Source: Chrysomallon squamiferum (Eukaryota > Animalia > Mollusca). Taken from it: a DNA stretch of 64,000 nt. The notes under the pieces were generated by a model. The model was not told the DNA's origin and did no database searches. It worked only from the letters and a program-made list of their open reading frames with translations. The DNA is taken from assembly GCA_012295275.1 (NCBI GenBank), contig CM022677.1:24738001-24802000 (forward strand). The letters run 5' to 3'. A program made the position numbers and the translations under genes. Below, one piece after another: positions 14,056 to 31,033 of the stretch. How positions within the stretch are numbered: position 1 is the stretch's first letter; every line of letters starts with the position of its first letter.

Positions 14056-15404
14056 AAAAAGTAAAATATAAAATAAAATAAAGCTCTATTGATGTTAAAT
14101 ACTTACTGTTAAGACTAATATTAAAATTTTTACTATAATCTTTTCCAATTTGACATCTCCACATGTGAAGATCGATTTCCTGTACCTGTAGAATCAACAT
14201 TTTGTATGTTCGTGTGATTGTTCTTCCGTTCATCACACATCTGCAGAAATAATCGTTTGTACCGAATTTCTTTCTGCACTGTTTATTTATTATACAAACA
14301 GTTGTAAAAGTACTTCCATTTTTTCTCTGAAACAGGATTTCGGATTTAACGAAGAAACCTGGATACGCTTTACAAAGTAAATTATATTTTCTCCCTAGAT
14401 TAGTAGAACCGGAACCCAGTAAACTTACGTGCAAACCTGAAAATACAAATTTTAATAAATCTCGAAAAGACATATCGAGGGGTTAGTTCCAGAAGGTCGT
14501 AACTACTGTCTTAACAAACTGCGGCAAACGCAAAACAAAGTTTCAGTTCTCTGGCATTTGTACTGACGTAGGTTTTTGAAATTTCACACGTTTACAACCT
14601 GATGAACAACTCATCCATTCAGAATTTTTCATGACAATAGTTCTAGTCATTGGCTCACCGCTACCCCGGGAATTGCTTGTGACAATTTGGCGTAACTCAA
14701 AAAAAGTCGTAAGTGTAAATAAGTCCTAGGAACAGACCATCTTAAGTTGACTTGTGTGTTTTTGGTTTGATATATTTACCAAACAATCACGACCACAATG
14801 GCTTAAGTATCATTACGACATATTAGCAAAATACTGTAATATGTGAATGTACTAATTTCACTGGAACCAAACTGTCGTAAGTGCAGTTACGACTTCCTGG
14901 CATTAACAAATATTCACTTACGACCTACTGAACATGATCACTTAATATCCAAAATCACTTACGACAACGTGGTTCTGACTGATATTTCAGAAATGTATTA
15001 TGCTACTAACTTGAGTCTTTGATATATGAAACAAATATGCAACTGTACATGTATTGGTGTGCTAAAATGTAATTTTCGCCAAAAATGCACTTAAGACCTT
15101 CTGGCTCTAACACCTATAATTATTATCTTAGAAATTGTCTTGGTATTTCTTATTAGTAGCAGTATTAGTGGTAACTGCACCAGTCAGAAAGATTTTAGTA
15201 ATAATAACACTTTTAGTACTATTAGTTGTAGGCGTAGTAGTTGTGGTACTGATCGTAGTAATAGTAACACTAGTTTTATAATAGTATTATTATCGTCTCA
15301 GTCTCCATCCTCTTTGTCTTTATGACTAATGGTAGTAATATAACTGCTAGTAGTAGTATTAGTACCAGTTATAACTGTAATAATAGTTGTCATAGTAGCA
15401 TTAG

Positions 15405-15461
<57 letters not shown>

Positions 15462-15615
15462 CTGTAGTTGTAGGAATAGTAGAATTAGTCTATTATCATT
15501 ACTTTTACAGTATATTTTAAAAAAGAGATAAAAAAGAAAGAAAAGAAAATAGAATACCTGTAGACTCTGTTATAAAAACGACCCAGTAGCTGACAAAACA
15601 CCAAGGAATGAGCAT
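12654..15615 (-). CDS. Unit 3: secreted Ig-like domain protein, SP-A-B-C
   Basis: Exons 15615-15558 (MLIPWCFVSYWVVFITEST), 14436-14107 (A), 13638-13315 (B, 324 nt), 13009-12654 (C, terminal; donor mutated to G|GG). Phase-1 GT-AG introns, open frames. Confidence 0.8.
14478..15115. mobile_element. MITE (~640 bp) in intron 1 of unit 3
   Basis: ~25-bp imperfect TIRs aggggttagttccagaaggtcgtaa / ttaagaccttctggctctaacacct, internal repeats of gtcgtaag/cttacgac. Empty site visible in the paralogous intron at ~56050-56090. Confidence 0.8.
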
Positions 15616-16080
15616 CACTGAAATTGTGAAAGTTTCTCGTCTATCCAGTCTTCTCAAATGATGTTCTGATATCCATATAGCTGTATATTCGTTGCATATC
15701 GTATGTATATACAGAAATGTATATACATACATTGAAATGCACACAAACACACATATAACATGTAAACACACACACACACACACACTCACACATATATAAT
15801 ATGTTAACACATGCAAAGGTACGCGTATCTATTCAGTTATCTAGAATAGATATAATATAAAATAATGAAATAAAGTAATGTATTTGACATTTTGCATGTA
15901 TTTAATTCTCATATTCAGTGTAAAATGTTACGACTCTTTTAAAATAATAATGATGACTATTCAAAATGCGATAATTCGGGTCAAACCAACTTTGCCTTTG
16001 ATTTGTTTCAATAAATTATAATATTTTACACACACTGACAGCATTTTTCTTATTATTTCTGTGTGATTAATTTTTATAAA

Positions 16081-16466
16081 CAGATCACAGAACTGAATAT
16101 ATTGTCTGAATTTAACCACATTAAAACATTTTTTAATATTTTTTTTTATCTTGGAATCACAAAATGTTCGCGTTGTAATATTGCCATTCATTTGTTTTCA
16201 TTTTTGGCTTATAATTATACAAGTTATTTCTGTTTTGATACTGTAATACTTAGCTGAGTTACCTTAATTTGCAGATCACAGAATTGAATATATTGTCTGA
16301 ATTTAACCACATTAAAATAAATTATTTGTTAATGTTGTCATATATGTTGTTTTTTTTTTTTTTATATTGAAATCACAAAATTCTCGCTTTAATGGTGACA
16401 TTCATTCATTTTCTTGTTTGGCTTATAATTATATGTTATTTCTATTTTATACTTAGCTGAGTTACT
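16081..16466. repeat. ~190-bp tandem duplication upstream of unit 3
   Basis: cagatcacagaa.tgaatatattgtctgaatttaaccacattaaaa...ttagctgagttac occurs at 16081 and again at 16272. Confidence 0.8.
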
Positions 16467-17805
16467 TGATGAAATCTGTGAACTTCTCAAATATTTAATT
16501 GTTACATCATGGTGAAAGTACACAACTAAAACTCTTAACTGAGTCCTGTGTTGACAGTACTTACTAAAATATTTGGTTGACTTGCTTTGTTGTCGATGTC
16601 TGTGAACTATTAAAATGCTTATTTCAGTTACTTGATGATTCGACTGAACTACTAAACTGCATAGTTCTGTTTGTTGAAAGCGAATTACCAAAATACCGAG
16701 TTGAGTTACTTGAAGACTACAGTAAATTATTAAGCAAGTAACATAAGTTACTTGATGTCAGCTAACTAATATGTCGTTGAATTCAGTTTATTCAAACGAT
16801 TTATATATTTCAGAGAGGAAATTACCTTCGAAGGAATGGAATCATTCGCTTTTCTTCTGTCTATCTCTATATCTACCTGTCTATCTTCTTATTTATACCT
16901 GCAATATCTGAAATGTATTGTTTATTAAAACATATTTCAGTTAGCAAATCAACTGAGAAGGGGCCATAAAAATAGAGGAAATCATTCACATGTGTCATAT
17001 GAATGAACATGTGGGTTGAACTAAAACAGATATTTCTTGTTTTATTTTCCGCAAAGTTATAGCTTCAGGTGGTACTTCTAAACAATACGAATATATTACT
17101 TCGTTTCTCTTATGCAAATGTAAGATATTTTGTAATTTATTTTTCTGTGAAAAAAAAAAAAAAAAGCGTTTTGAAACTTGGAAACAGCGTAATTTATTTT
17201 TATTATGGTAAATTGTACAGAGGAAAAAAAAATAAATAAAAAAATAGAATAAACAAAATAGAAGAAAAAAAGAAGAAAAAGAAATGCCCACCTGCTTTGA
17301 AGTAACTACCTTAAAGATCCTCTTTGCAAACACGGTACTATAATAATATCTACATATCGGTGTCATTACGAAATATAACTGTATTTGGTGAATGTAAAGC
17401 ATTCAACAGCACTTCGCACAATCAAGTGATTTACATCTCTCATATCATGTCGTACTGCACAGGTGTTTTCAGTCGAGGTTATTACGGAGAGAGTTAACGA
17501 AGTACTGCTTGCTCTGAGTATTTGCAAGAAATTCCTCTTTCCTTGCTGTAAGGATCAACTATTCAACTAATTATTTTAACAGTTCACTGTTATCAAGTAA
17601 TTTAACCAAATAGTTTAGCAATATATTACTGTCTTCAGTTTATTCTTAAAAACAACATTAACAGCCGAACATTTTTGATTTCTTTTTAATAAAATAAAAC
17701 ATAAATAAATAAATATATAAATGTGACATTTAACGTTAGTTCACTGTTTTATATTACAACTAAATATTACAACTTTATATATTCGCACATACCAATATAC
17801 CCACA

Positions 17806-18130
17806 GCAATCACACGAACATACAAACTGTTGATTTTAAAGGTAAAGGACATCGATCTTCACATGTGGAGATGTTAAGTTGGAAAAGATTATGTTAGAAA
17901 TGTTAAGTTTTGTTTTAACAGGAAGTATTTGACATAATAGATCATTTATTTTTTATTTTCGTTTTCATTATTTTTTTTTATTTTGAAGGTATAATATTAT
18001 TTATTAATTTCGTATTTGTTAATGCTTACTTATAATAATCATTATAATTTATTATCTTGATATAATTTGATACCGAATTTGGATTTTCACAAGTAATCCT
18101 TCGAATAAAAGGGTTACATGTGGGTGTTTC
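17806..18130 (+). pseudogene. Relic unit: 3' part of an A exon and 5' part of a B exon
   Basis: atcacacgaacatacaaactgttgatt...atgtggagatgttaa (ITRTYKLLILKVKDIDLHMWRC*) with donor changed to GG; then cttcgaataaaagggttacatgtgggtg (B start) with acceptor changed to AC. Confidence 0.75.
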
Positions 18131-18836
18131 TTTGCAATAATAATAACAATAATAATAATGATAATAATAATAATAATAATAACAACAACAACAACAACAA
18201 CAAAAAGAATAATAATAATTGCGATGAAGATGAAGACGATAATAAAAATATTAATCAAATAATAATCATGCTAATGATGAGGAGTATGATGATGATGATT
18301 ATGTTAATCATCATGGGATTAAAGAAAAACAAAACGCTACTTCAAAGACAATAATAATAAACAATAACACATTTTTCATTCATCTTTTCTTGATGCAAAT
18401 ATCAACTATTAAACTATTTATTTAAAATCACTCTCTTCAAGTAACTTAACTAAGTATTTTATAGTTCACCTTCATCACCAAGTAGCTGAAATAAGTATTT
18501 TAATAGTTTACTGTCATGACCAGTAACTGAACTAACTACTTTAGTATGTACTGTCAATCGGTAACTTAGGTAAGTGTTTCGTCATCAAGTATCTAAGTTA
18601 AGTATTGGAGTAGTCACACATTTCATCAGGTAACTCTGCCAAGTGTTTTAGTAGTTAACTTTCATGATCGAGTACTTATAATAAGCATGCCATTATCAAA
18701 ATAGAAAGAGCTTATATATTTATCCACCAAAAGAGAAAATAAATGAATAGCAACAAAAACGGCGAAAAGTTGAAGATAAAATAATAATAATAATAATAAA
18801 AAAAAGAAAAAATTATAAAAATAAAATTATAAAATT

Positions 18837-18869
<33 letters not shown>

Positions 18870-18899
18870 AAGAAGGAAAAATGGAAAATTACTAATGAA

Positions 18900-19380
18900 T
18901 ATGTAAGTTTAATGTGGGTTACATTCAGACAATGTAGTTAATTTTGTGACGTGTAAATAATGACACATAAATAATAAGAACAATGCTCTTAATATGTGCC
19001 AGTAGTGTGAAATTATTATAATTCAGTGAGAGAAACGAAATGCAGAGACAGTTCGTTTCACACGAATGATCGCCATTTTGAATTGTCATCACTTGACTAA
19101 GAGACACCAAAGTTTTACACTGAATATTACAAATGACACACATGCTGTCAAATACATATGACATTTTGCATTAACTCATTATCTGATTTATATCTATATG
19201 GCTGTGTGTGTGCGTGTGTGTGTGTATAAATATGTCTATATCAGTGTGCGTAGATGTAGATGTATATAAATTATCTGTATATATATATGCAGAGAGAAAT
19301 TCCACAACGGACGTACGGATGTAAGGATACAGGAACATCATTTGAGAAGACAGGATAAAAGGGAAACTTCCACATTTTCA
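18900..19380 (+). promoter_or_regulatory. Conserved upstream/promoter block of the family (example copy)
   Basis: Homologous block precedes nearly every SP exon. Contains CGCCATTTT (YY1-like) about 310 nt before the ATG (19071, 5302-5310, 40462) and a conserved leader gaacatcatttgagaagac.ggata...gaaactttcacaatttca. Confidence 0.5.
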
Positions 19381-21828
<2,448 letters not shown>

Positions 21829-24081
21829 AACGACAACTGCTACTGCTACTACTACTAGTACTACTGCCATTACTACTACTACTATTACTACTACTACTAC
21901 TACTGCTACTACTACTACTAATAATAATCATAATAATAGTAGTAAAACAACATATATATATTTTTCTCTTCTTCTTTATATTGTCCTCACTCTTTTCTCC
22001 GTTTCTTTTTGGGGAGTGGGGTGGGGGTTATTCGGAGTGCTCCCAATAGTATGGCTTCAAGTATTAACATTACTTACCAATACTTTGTAAGAATTCAAAC
22101 ATTGACATGTGCATTATATAGTTACAATTTGTTAATTTAGATTATTTAAATTTATTATTTTATGTTACACATATTTATTGTTTTTCCTTTGTCTTTTATT
22201 TATTTTCTTTCTTATTTGACTTTTTTGTGTGCTTGTCTTAAATGTTTGAATATTTTCCTATATTATTTATATTTTGTTACCTATAGCTGAAAAGAGATAA
22301 TTTTGATATTTACAGTTTTATTTTAAAAGTTTTATCTATCTATATCTATATCTATATATATACCTGTATATCTGCCTATATATACCTGAACTAATTGGAA
22401 TGTATTGTATTCAGCATATACAAACATTATATATTTCAGTTAGGACTTCGCTTCATAAGGCGGGACCTATTGCTCTAGCACGCAAATAGAACGTGTGGCT
22501 TTATGTGGTACTTCTAAACAATACGAATATATTCCTTCGTTTCTGTAATTTTGTAATTTTCTTTTCTATTAAAGAAACGCATTCTAAAAGCTGGAAGGAG
22601 CATTATTTCTTCTATTGTTATGGCAAGTTATATAGAATAAAAAGTATGTGAAATATTCTTATTTTAAATATACTTCAAACAATATGTTTTCGAATACTAA
22701 AGATGATGGTGATGATGAGGAGGATTATGATATATATATAAATATATGTATGTATGTATGTATATGTATGTATGTATGTATGTATATATGTATGTATGTA
22801 TGTATATATGTATGTATGTATGTATGTTTGTATGTATATGTATGTATGAATGAAAGTATGTATATGTATGTATGTATGTATATATGAATGCATGTACGTG
22901 TTAAAGAATACACATATGCACGCACACACACAGAACATTTATCTCGCCGAATTAATCTGTAGGATGATAAACAATATGCTTAAAGCACAGCAAATTCCAG
23001 TAAAAACGTTTCTGTTTTCTTCACTTCAGTCAGTTCTATATTTCAATATTTCGGCAATTCCGTTTAAGAAACAATTACTTTGGATGGAAGTAAATATCGT
23101 GAAAACTTCTCTACAAGTAGCATATTACAACAATATTGAAATATTTATTTCTGGTTTGACGAAAATATCGTATGGGTCAACTCTACAAACATGATATTAC
23201 AATATCAAGAAATTCCCTTCTCCTTTGAAGAAAATGCCTACAGATATGATGTTAACATAATATCTAAATATCAATGTCCAAATGAAACAGAACTGCATCT
23301 GCAGCAAGTAAGAATTCAACACTACTTTGCACAATCAACTGATTTCCTACACCCATCGATGTCCTTCTACGCACCTATGTTCAGTCGAGGTTATTACGGA
23401 GAGAATAAAAGAAATACTGCTTTTTCTGAAATTTCCAAGAAATTCCTCTTTCCTTGGTGTCCCCAGGATCAAGGAACCAACTATATATTACAGAAGTTCT
23501 CTGTCAACATCAAGTAACTGAACTAAATATTTTATTAGACGATATGTCGGCAGGTATCGTAAATAAATATTTTAATAGTTCACAGTGAAAAATTATGAAG
23601 ATAGTAATGAAGAATTAATTTTAATGCGGGCTACATTCAGGCAATGTATTTAATTTTGTTACCTGTAAATAATGACACATAAATAATAAGAACGATGTCC
23701 TTAGTGCGTGTTAGTAGTGTTGAAATATTATAATTTAGTGAAAGAAACCAAAAATGCAAAGATAGTTCGTTTGACCTGTAGGATCTCCGTTTTGAATTGT
23801 CATCATTTCGCTAAGAGATACATAGATTTGCAATGAATATTGGAAATGAGATACATACTAAATGTCAAATACATATGACATTTTCATTTCATCACTATCT
23901 GATATTTAATGTGAGTGTGTATCTGTGTGCGTATATATACATATATGTATTTGTGTATATAGGTGCATATACGTATATATATTATCTGTATATACATACA
24001 ATACTCAACGGACATACAGTTGTTAGTATACAAGAACATCATTTGAGAAGACAGGACAAAAGGGAAACTTTCACAATTTCA

Positions 24082-24989
24082 ATGATGCTCATTCCTTGGT
24101 GTTTTATTACCTACTCTGTCGTTTTTATAGGAGTCTCTACAGGTATTTTTTTAAACGATTTTAGTATAAATATAATGATAATAAACTACTACTACTACTA
24201 ATACTACGTTTACTATTGTTAACACTATTGCTACTGGTATTTCTACTACTAGTACTTATATTGCTAAAATTATTAATAAAAAGAAATAGATCGGAATTAA
24301 GAAGGTAATAATGTAAGACTATTATTATTACAAAGCTAAAATTACTACTATTAGTATGACTATATGAACTACTAATATACCTACTGTTAATAATAAAACG
24401 CTGTAACTGTTATTATTACTAAAGCTTTTATTACTAGTACGAGTGGTGCTACTTCTAGGAGAGTATTAAAGTACAGTTACTACTACTAATAAATATATAT
24501 ATAATTTCTAACATAATAATTATAAATCTTTTTTCCGATTTATTATACTTTGTTTGTTTTTTCAGGTTTGCACGTAACGATAACGGGTTCAAATTCCTCT
24601 ACTCTAGGCGGAAAATATGCGTTAGTTTGTAAAGCGTATCCAGGTATCTTCGTTAAATCCGACATCCTGTTTCAGAGAAAAGATGGAAATACGTTTACAA
24701 CTGTTTGTATAATAAATAAACAGTGCAGAAAGAAATCTGGTAGAAACGGTTATTTCTGCAGATGTGTGATGAACGGAAGAACAATCACACGAACATACAA
24801 AATGTTGATTCTACAGGTAAAGGACATCGATCTTCACATATGGAGATGTCAGATTGGTAAAAATTACAGTACAAATTTTAATATTAGTCTTAACAGTAAG
24901 TATTTAACATCAATAGAAGTTTATTTTTAGTTTTATTGTATTATATTATATTATGTTATGTTATGTTATGTTATGTTATATTATTTTAT

Positions 24990-25045
<56 letters not shown>

Positions 25046-25770
25046 TTATTATTATTATTAATATTTTGTTTGGTTGACAATTTGTTTTTCGGTAGTTTAA
25101 ATAAAGAAAAAATCAGTAAGTAAGTAAATATATAAATAAATAAATACCATTTGATAATTTTAACAATCATTATACTTAGATGATGATAGTAATGACTATA
25201 CTACTTATTTATTTATTAATTTAAACCGTATTTGTTAATGATCATCATAATAACGTATAATCAATATATTAATTGAAATCGAACTTGGATTTCCAGAATT
25301 AAACCTTCAGATAAAAGGGTTACATGAGGGTGTTGTAGGAAAACCATACACTTTACATTGCTCGGGTGAAATTTCTCAGAGCAATAATTCTACAATGATT
25401 TTTCAAAGGAAATATGCAGATCAATACACGAGTGTTTGTCAAATTGACAAGACGTGCCTTCAACGAGAGAATACAACGAATTACACCTGTATGTGCTATA
25501 AGATTACAACGTCCTCATCTGTTTATAGTATGACAATTGGAAAGTTGGGTATAACAGATGACGCTGAATGGAGATGTCAGTTTGGCAACAGCTTCACCAC
25601 AGATTTTAGATTTGTAATTCGAGGTAAAAAATAATAAGAAAGTATTGTTTTTTATATATAATTTTTTTTTTTAATTACAAGTGGAAATAATGTGTAACTC
25701 TATTATATAATACGTGAACAATATCGGTCTCACTTTTTGAAAAGTAGTAGTTGTAGAGGCAGTAGTGGTT

Positions 25771-25807
<37 letters not shown>

Positions 25808-26994
25808 TGATGATGATGATGATGGTTATGATAAAAACAATAATAAAGTAAAAATCATGCTGTTACTGATAATAAGGATGATGATATTACTCATTATGAC
25901 AAGAGATAAAATTAAAGGCAACTTGAGTTAGAATAATAATAACGAAAAACTCATTTATTTCTTTTCAAAGAGTGATTAAAATTAAATATTGATTTTTAGA
26001 TATAAACATGCAAATTTATGCGACGAAGAAACCTGAACTTAAGAAGAACTACACGATTTACTGCCAGATTTCTACTACTAGCGACCTTGAATATCTCGCG
26101 TTTTTTCAACAAGATTTTGGGTATGGATTCTGGACAGTTTGTGTAATTGACCCAGACTGTAACATGATATTTCCAATAAGCCAGTACAGCTGTGGATGTG
26201 TAGACCCGAAGTCAGAGCCGCGTGTGTACAAATTAGTAATAGCTCACGTAGAGAAAATAGATCTGAGTCTATGGAGATGTACAACTGGACTGAATCGGAG
26301 CAACGAAATTCACTTAAATAACAACGGTAACGCAGTTGTAAATATGGACAGTTACTACTACTACTACTACTACTAATAATAATAATAAAAGTAATAGTAA
26401 TAATAATAATAATAATAGCAGTACTAATACTACTACTAATAATAATGATGGTGATAACAGTGATAACAATAATAATAAAGTAACAACCACGCATGCTGTT
26501 ACTGATAGTAATGATGATGATATTAATCATTATGAGATGAGATTAAATTAGGAAGAACTTGAGATACAATAATAATAACATAAGAAACTCATTTATTTAT
26601 TTTAGAAGAATTATTAAAAATTAAATATTGATTTTTAGATATAAAGATGCATATTTATACGACGAAGAGACCTGAAGTTAAGAAGAACTACACGATTTAC
26701 TGCCAGGTTTCTCCTGCTAGCGACATTGAAGATGACTTGTTTTTTGAACAAGACTTTGGGCATGAATTTTGGACAGTTTGTGTAATTGACTCAGACTGTA
26801 ACATGATATTTCCAATAAGCCAGTACAGCTGTGGATGTGTAGACCCAAAGTCAGAGCCGCGAGTGTACAAATTAGTAATTGCTCCCGTAGTGAAAATAGA
26901 TCTGAGTCTATGGAGATGTAAAATTGGACTGAATTGGAGCAACGAAATTGACTTAAATCGGACAATTAAAGCAGTTGCAAATATCGAGTGTTAG
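24082..26994 (+). CDS. Unit 5: secreted Ig-like domain protein, SP-A-B-C-C'
   Basis: Exons 24082-24142 (MMLIPWCFITYSVVFIGVST), 24566-24895 (A), 25297-25623 (B), 26000-26326 (C, donor GTAACG), 26639-26994 (C', terminal). Confidence 0.83.
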
Positions 26995-27006
26995 TACTAT
27001 TACTAT

Positions 27007-27056
<50 letters not shown>

Positions 27057-27124
27057 ATAATAATAATAATAACAATAACAGTAAATGAACAGTTAAATAG
27101 GTTATGCTCCCTCTCCTTTTATCT

Positions 27125-27159
<35 letters not shown>

Positions 27160-29274
27160 TATTATTATTATTATTCGGAATACTCCCAAATATGTGGCTT
27201 CAAGTATTTACATTACTTCATGATTCTGTGTCAGAATTTAAATAGTGATATGTGCATTGCACAGTTACAGTGTGCTAATTTAGATTATTTAAGTTTATTA
27301 TTTTATGTTAAACATTCTTATTCTTCCTTTGTCTTCTATTTATTTTATTTAGTATTTGACTTCTTTTGTACTACATGTCTTGAAGGTATGAATATTTTAA
27401 ATGTTTGCTATACTATTTGTCTTTTTTTACCTGTAGCTGATAATAGGTAATTTTGATAGTTACAGTTTTATTTTAAATGTTTTATCTATCTATATCTATA
27501 TATCTACCTGTATATCTGACTATATATACCTGAACTAATTCGAATGTATTGTATTCAGCATATAAAAACATTCTACATTTCAGATAGGAAATCGCCTCAG
27601 AAGGCAGCACCTATGGTATTCAAATAGAACGTGTGGCTTTATGTGGTACTTCTAAACAATACGAATATATTCCTTCGTTTCTGTAATTTTGTAATTTTGT
27701 TTTCTATTAAAGAAACGCATTCTAAAAGCTGGAAGGAGCGTTATTTCTTATTTTGTCATGGCAAATTATATAGAATAAAAAGTATGTAAAATATTCTTAT
27801 TTTAAATATACTTCAAACAATATTTTTTCGAATACTGAAGATCATGGTGATGAGGAGGAGGATTATGATATATATAAATATATGTATGTATGTATGTATG
27901 TATGTATATATGTATGTATGTATGTATGTATATATGTATGTATGTATGTATATGTATGTATGTATGTATGTATGTATATGTGTATGTATATATGTATGTA
28001 TGTATGTATATATGTATGTATGTATGTATATATGTATGTATATGTATATGTGTATGTATATTTGTATGTATGTATGTATGCATGTACGTGTTAAAGAATA
28101 CACATATGAACACACTCACACAGAACATTTATCTCGCTGAATTAATCTGTAGGATGATAAGGAATATGTTTAAAACACAACAAATTCCAGTAAAAAACTT
28201 TCTGTTTCTTCACTTCAGTTAGTTCAATATTTCAAAATTTCGGCATTTCCGTTTAAGCAACAATTACTTTGGATGGAAGTAAATATCGTGAAAACTTCTC
28301 TACAAGTAGATATTACAACAATATTGAAATATTTATTTCTGGTTTGACGAAAATATCGTAAAGGTCAACCCTACAAACATGAAATTCCCTTCTCCTTTGA
28401 AGAAAATGCCTACAGACATGATATTAACATAATATCTAAATATCGATGTCCTCATGAAACAGAACTGCATTTGCAGCAAGTAAGAATACAACACTACTTT
28501 GCACAATCAACTGATTTCCTACACCCATCGACGTCGTTCTACACACCTATGTTCAATCGAGGTTATTACGGAGAGAATAAATGAAGTACTGATTTTTCTG
28601 AAATTTCCAAGAAATTCCTCTTTCCTTGGTGTCCCCAGGATCAAGGAACCAACTATATATTACAGAAGTTCTCTGTCAACATCAAGTAACTGAACTAAAT
28701 ATTTTATTAGACGAAATGTCAGGTATCGTAAATAAATATTTTAATAGTTCACAGTGAAAAATTATGAAGATAGTAATGAAGAATTAATTTTAATGCGGGC
28801 TACATTCAGAAAATGTATTTAATTTTGTTACCTGTAAATAATGACACATAAATAATAAGAACGATGTCCTTAGTGCGTGTTAGTAGTGTTGAAATATTAT
28901 AATTTAGTGAAAGAAACCAAAAATGCAAAGATAGTTCGTTTGACCTGAAGGATCTCCATTTTGAATTGTCATCATTTCGCTAAGAGATATAAAGATTTGC
29001 ACTGAATATTAGAAATGAGATACATACTAAATGTCAAAAAAATGTGACATTTTCGTTGCATCATTATTTCATTTTTAATGTGTGTGTGTGTATCTGTGTC
29101 TGTATCTGTGTGCGTATATATAGATATATATATATGTATTTTCCTGTGTATATAGGTGCATATACGTATATAAATTATCTGTATATACATACAACACTCA
29201 ACGGACATACAGTTGTTAGTATATAAGAACATCATTTGAGAGGACAGGATAAAAGGGAAACTTTCACAATTTCA

Positions 29275-30999
29275 ATGATGCTCATTCCTTGGTGTTTTAT
29301 TACCTACTCTGTCGTTTTTATAGGAGTCTCCACAGGTATTTTTTTTAAACGTTTTTAGTATAAATGTAATGATAATAGACTACTGCTACTACTAATACTA
29401 CGTTTACTTTTGTTAACACTATTGCTACTAGTATTGCTACAATTATTAATAAAAAGAAATAGATCGGAATTAAGAAGGTAATAATGTAAGACTATTATTA
29501 TTACAAAGATACAATTACTACTATTAGTATCACTATATGAACTACTAATATTCCTACTGTTAATAATAAAATGCTCCAACTGTTATTATTACTAAAGCTT
29601 TTATTACTAGTACGAGTGGTTCTACTTCTAGGAGAGTATTAAAGTACAGTTACTACTACTAATACTACTACTAATAAATATATATATAATTTCTAACATA
29701 ATAATTATAAATCTTTTTTCCGATTTATTATACTATGTTTTTTTCAGGTTTGCACGTAACGATAACGGGTTCAAATTCCTCTACTCTAGGCGGAAAATAT
29801 GCGTTAGTTTGTAAAGCGTATCCAGGTTTCTTCGTTAACTCCGACATCCTGTTTCAGAGAAAAGATGGAAATACGTTTACAACTGTTTGTATAATAAATA
29901 AACAGTGCAGAAAGAAATCTGGTAGAAACGGTTATTTCTGCAGATGTGTGATGAACGGAAGAACAATCACACGAACATACAAAATGTTGATTCTACATGT
30001 AAAGGACATCGATCTTCACATGTGGAGATGTCAGATTGGTAAACATTACAGTAAACATTTTAACTTTAGTCTTAACAGTAAGTATTTAACATCAATAGAA
30101 GTTTATTTTTAGTTTTATAGTATTATATTATATTATGTTATGTTATGTTATGTTATATTATTTTATATTATTTATTTATTTATTTATGTATATGTCAGAG
30201 AGTTTACTGAAAAGTTTCACTCAAAAAAGTTAAAATTACTTAATTATTTATTTATTGATTTATTTATTAATTGTTATTATTATTAATATTTTGTTTGGTT
30301 GAAAATTAGTTTTTCGGTAGTTTAAATAAATAAAATAGTCAGTAAGTAAGTAAATATATAAATAAATAAATACCATTTGATAATTTTAACAATCATTATA
30401 CTTAGATGATGATAGTAATGACTATACTACTTATTTATTTATTAATTTAAACCGTATTTGTTAATGATCATCATAATAACGTATAATCAATATATTAATT
30501 GAAATCGAACTTGGATTTCCAGAATTAAACCTTCAGATAAAAGGGTTACATGAGGGTGTTGTAGGAAAACCATACACTTTACATTGCTCGGGTGAAATTT
30601 CTCAGAGCAATAATTCTACAATGATTTTTCAAAGGAAATATGCAGATCAATACACGAGTGTTTGTCAAATTGACAAGACGTGCCTTCAACGAGAGAATAC
30701 AACGAATTACATCTGTAGGTGCTTTAAGATTACAACGTCCTCATCTGATTATAGTATGACAATTGGAAAGTTGGGTATAACAGATGACACTGAATGGAGA
30801 TGTCAGTTTGGCAACAGCTTCACCGCAGACTTCAGATTTGTAATTCGAGGTACAAAATAATTAGAAAGTATTTTTTTATATACATAATTTTTCTTTAATT
30901 ATAAGCGAAAATAATGTGTAACTCTATTATATAATACGTGAACAATATCGGTCTCATTTTTGAAAAGTAGTAGTTGTAGAGGCAGCAGTGGTTGTAATG

Positions 31000-31033
<34 letters not shown>

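Noticed and set aside
19330-19380. In-frame EHHLRRQDKRET extension upstream of the signal peptide as coding sequence
   Set aside because: No conserved upstream ATG or acceptor, and the frame is disrupted in other copies; more likely a conserved 5' UTR.
22850-23521. ORFs in the duplicated intergenic block (23191, 23327, 28499, 33388)
   Set aside because: Frames are broken by indels between copies, there are no consistent splice sites, and the region overlaps degenerate tandem repeats.
23581-23587. CACAGTG heptamers (also 28750, 36424) as RAG-type recombination signals
   Set aside because: Not adjacent to domain exons and no nonamer at 12 or 23 bp; no evidence for V(D)J-like rearrangement.
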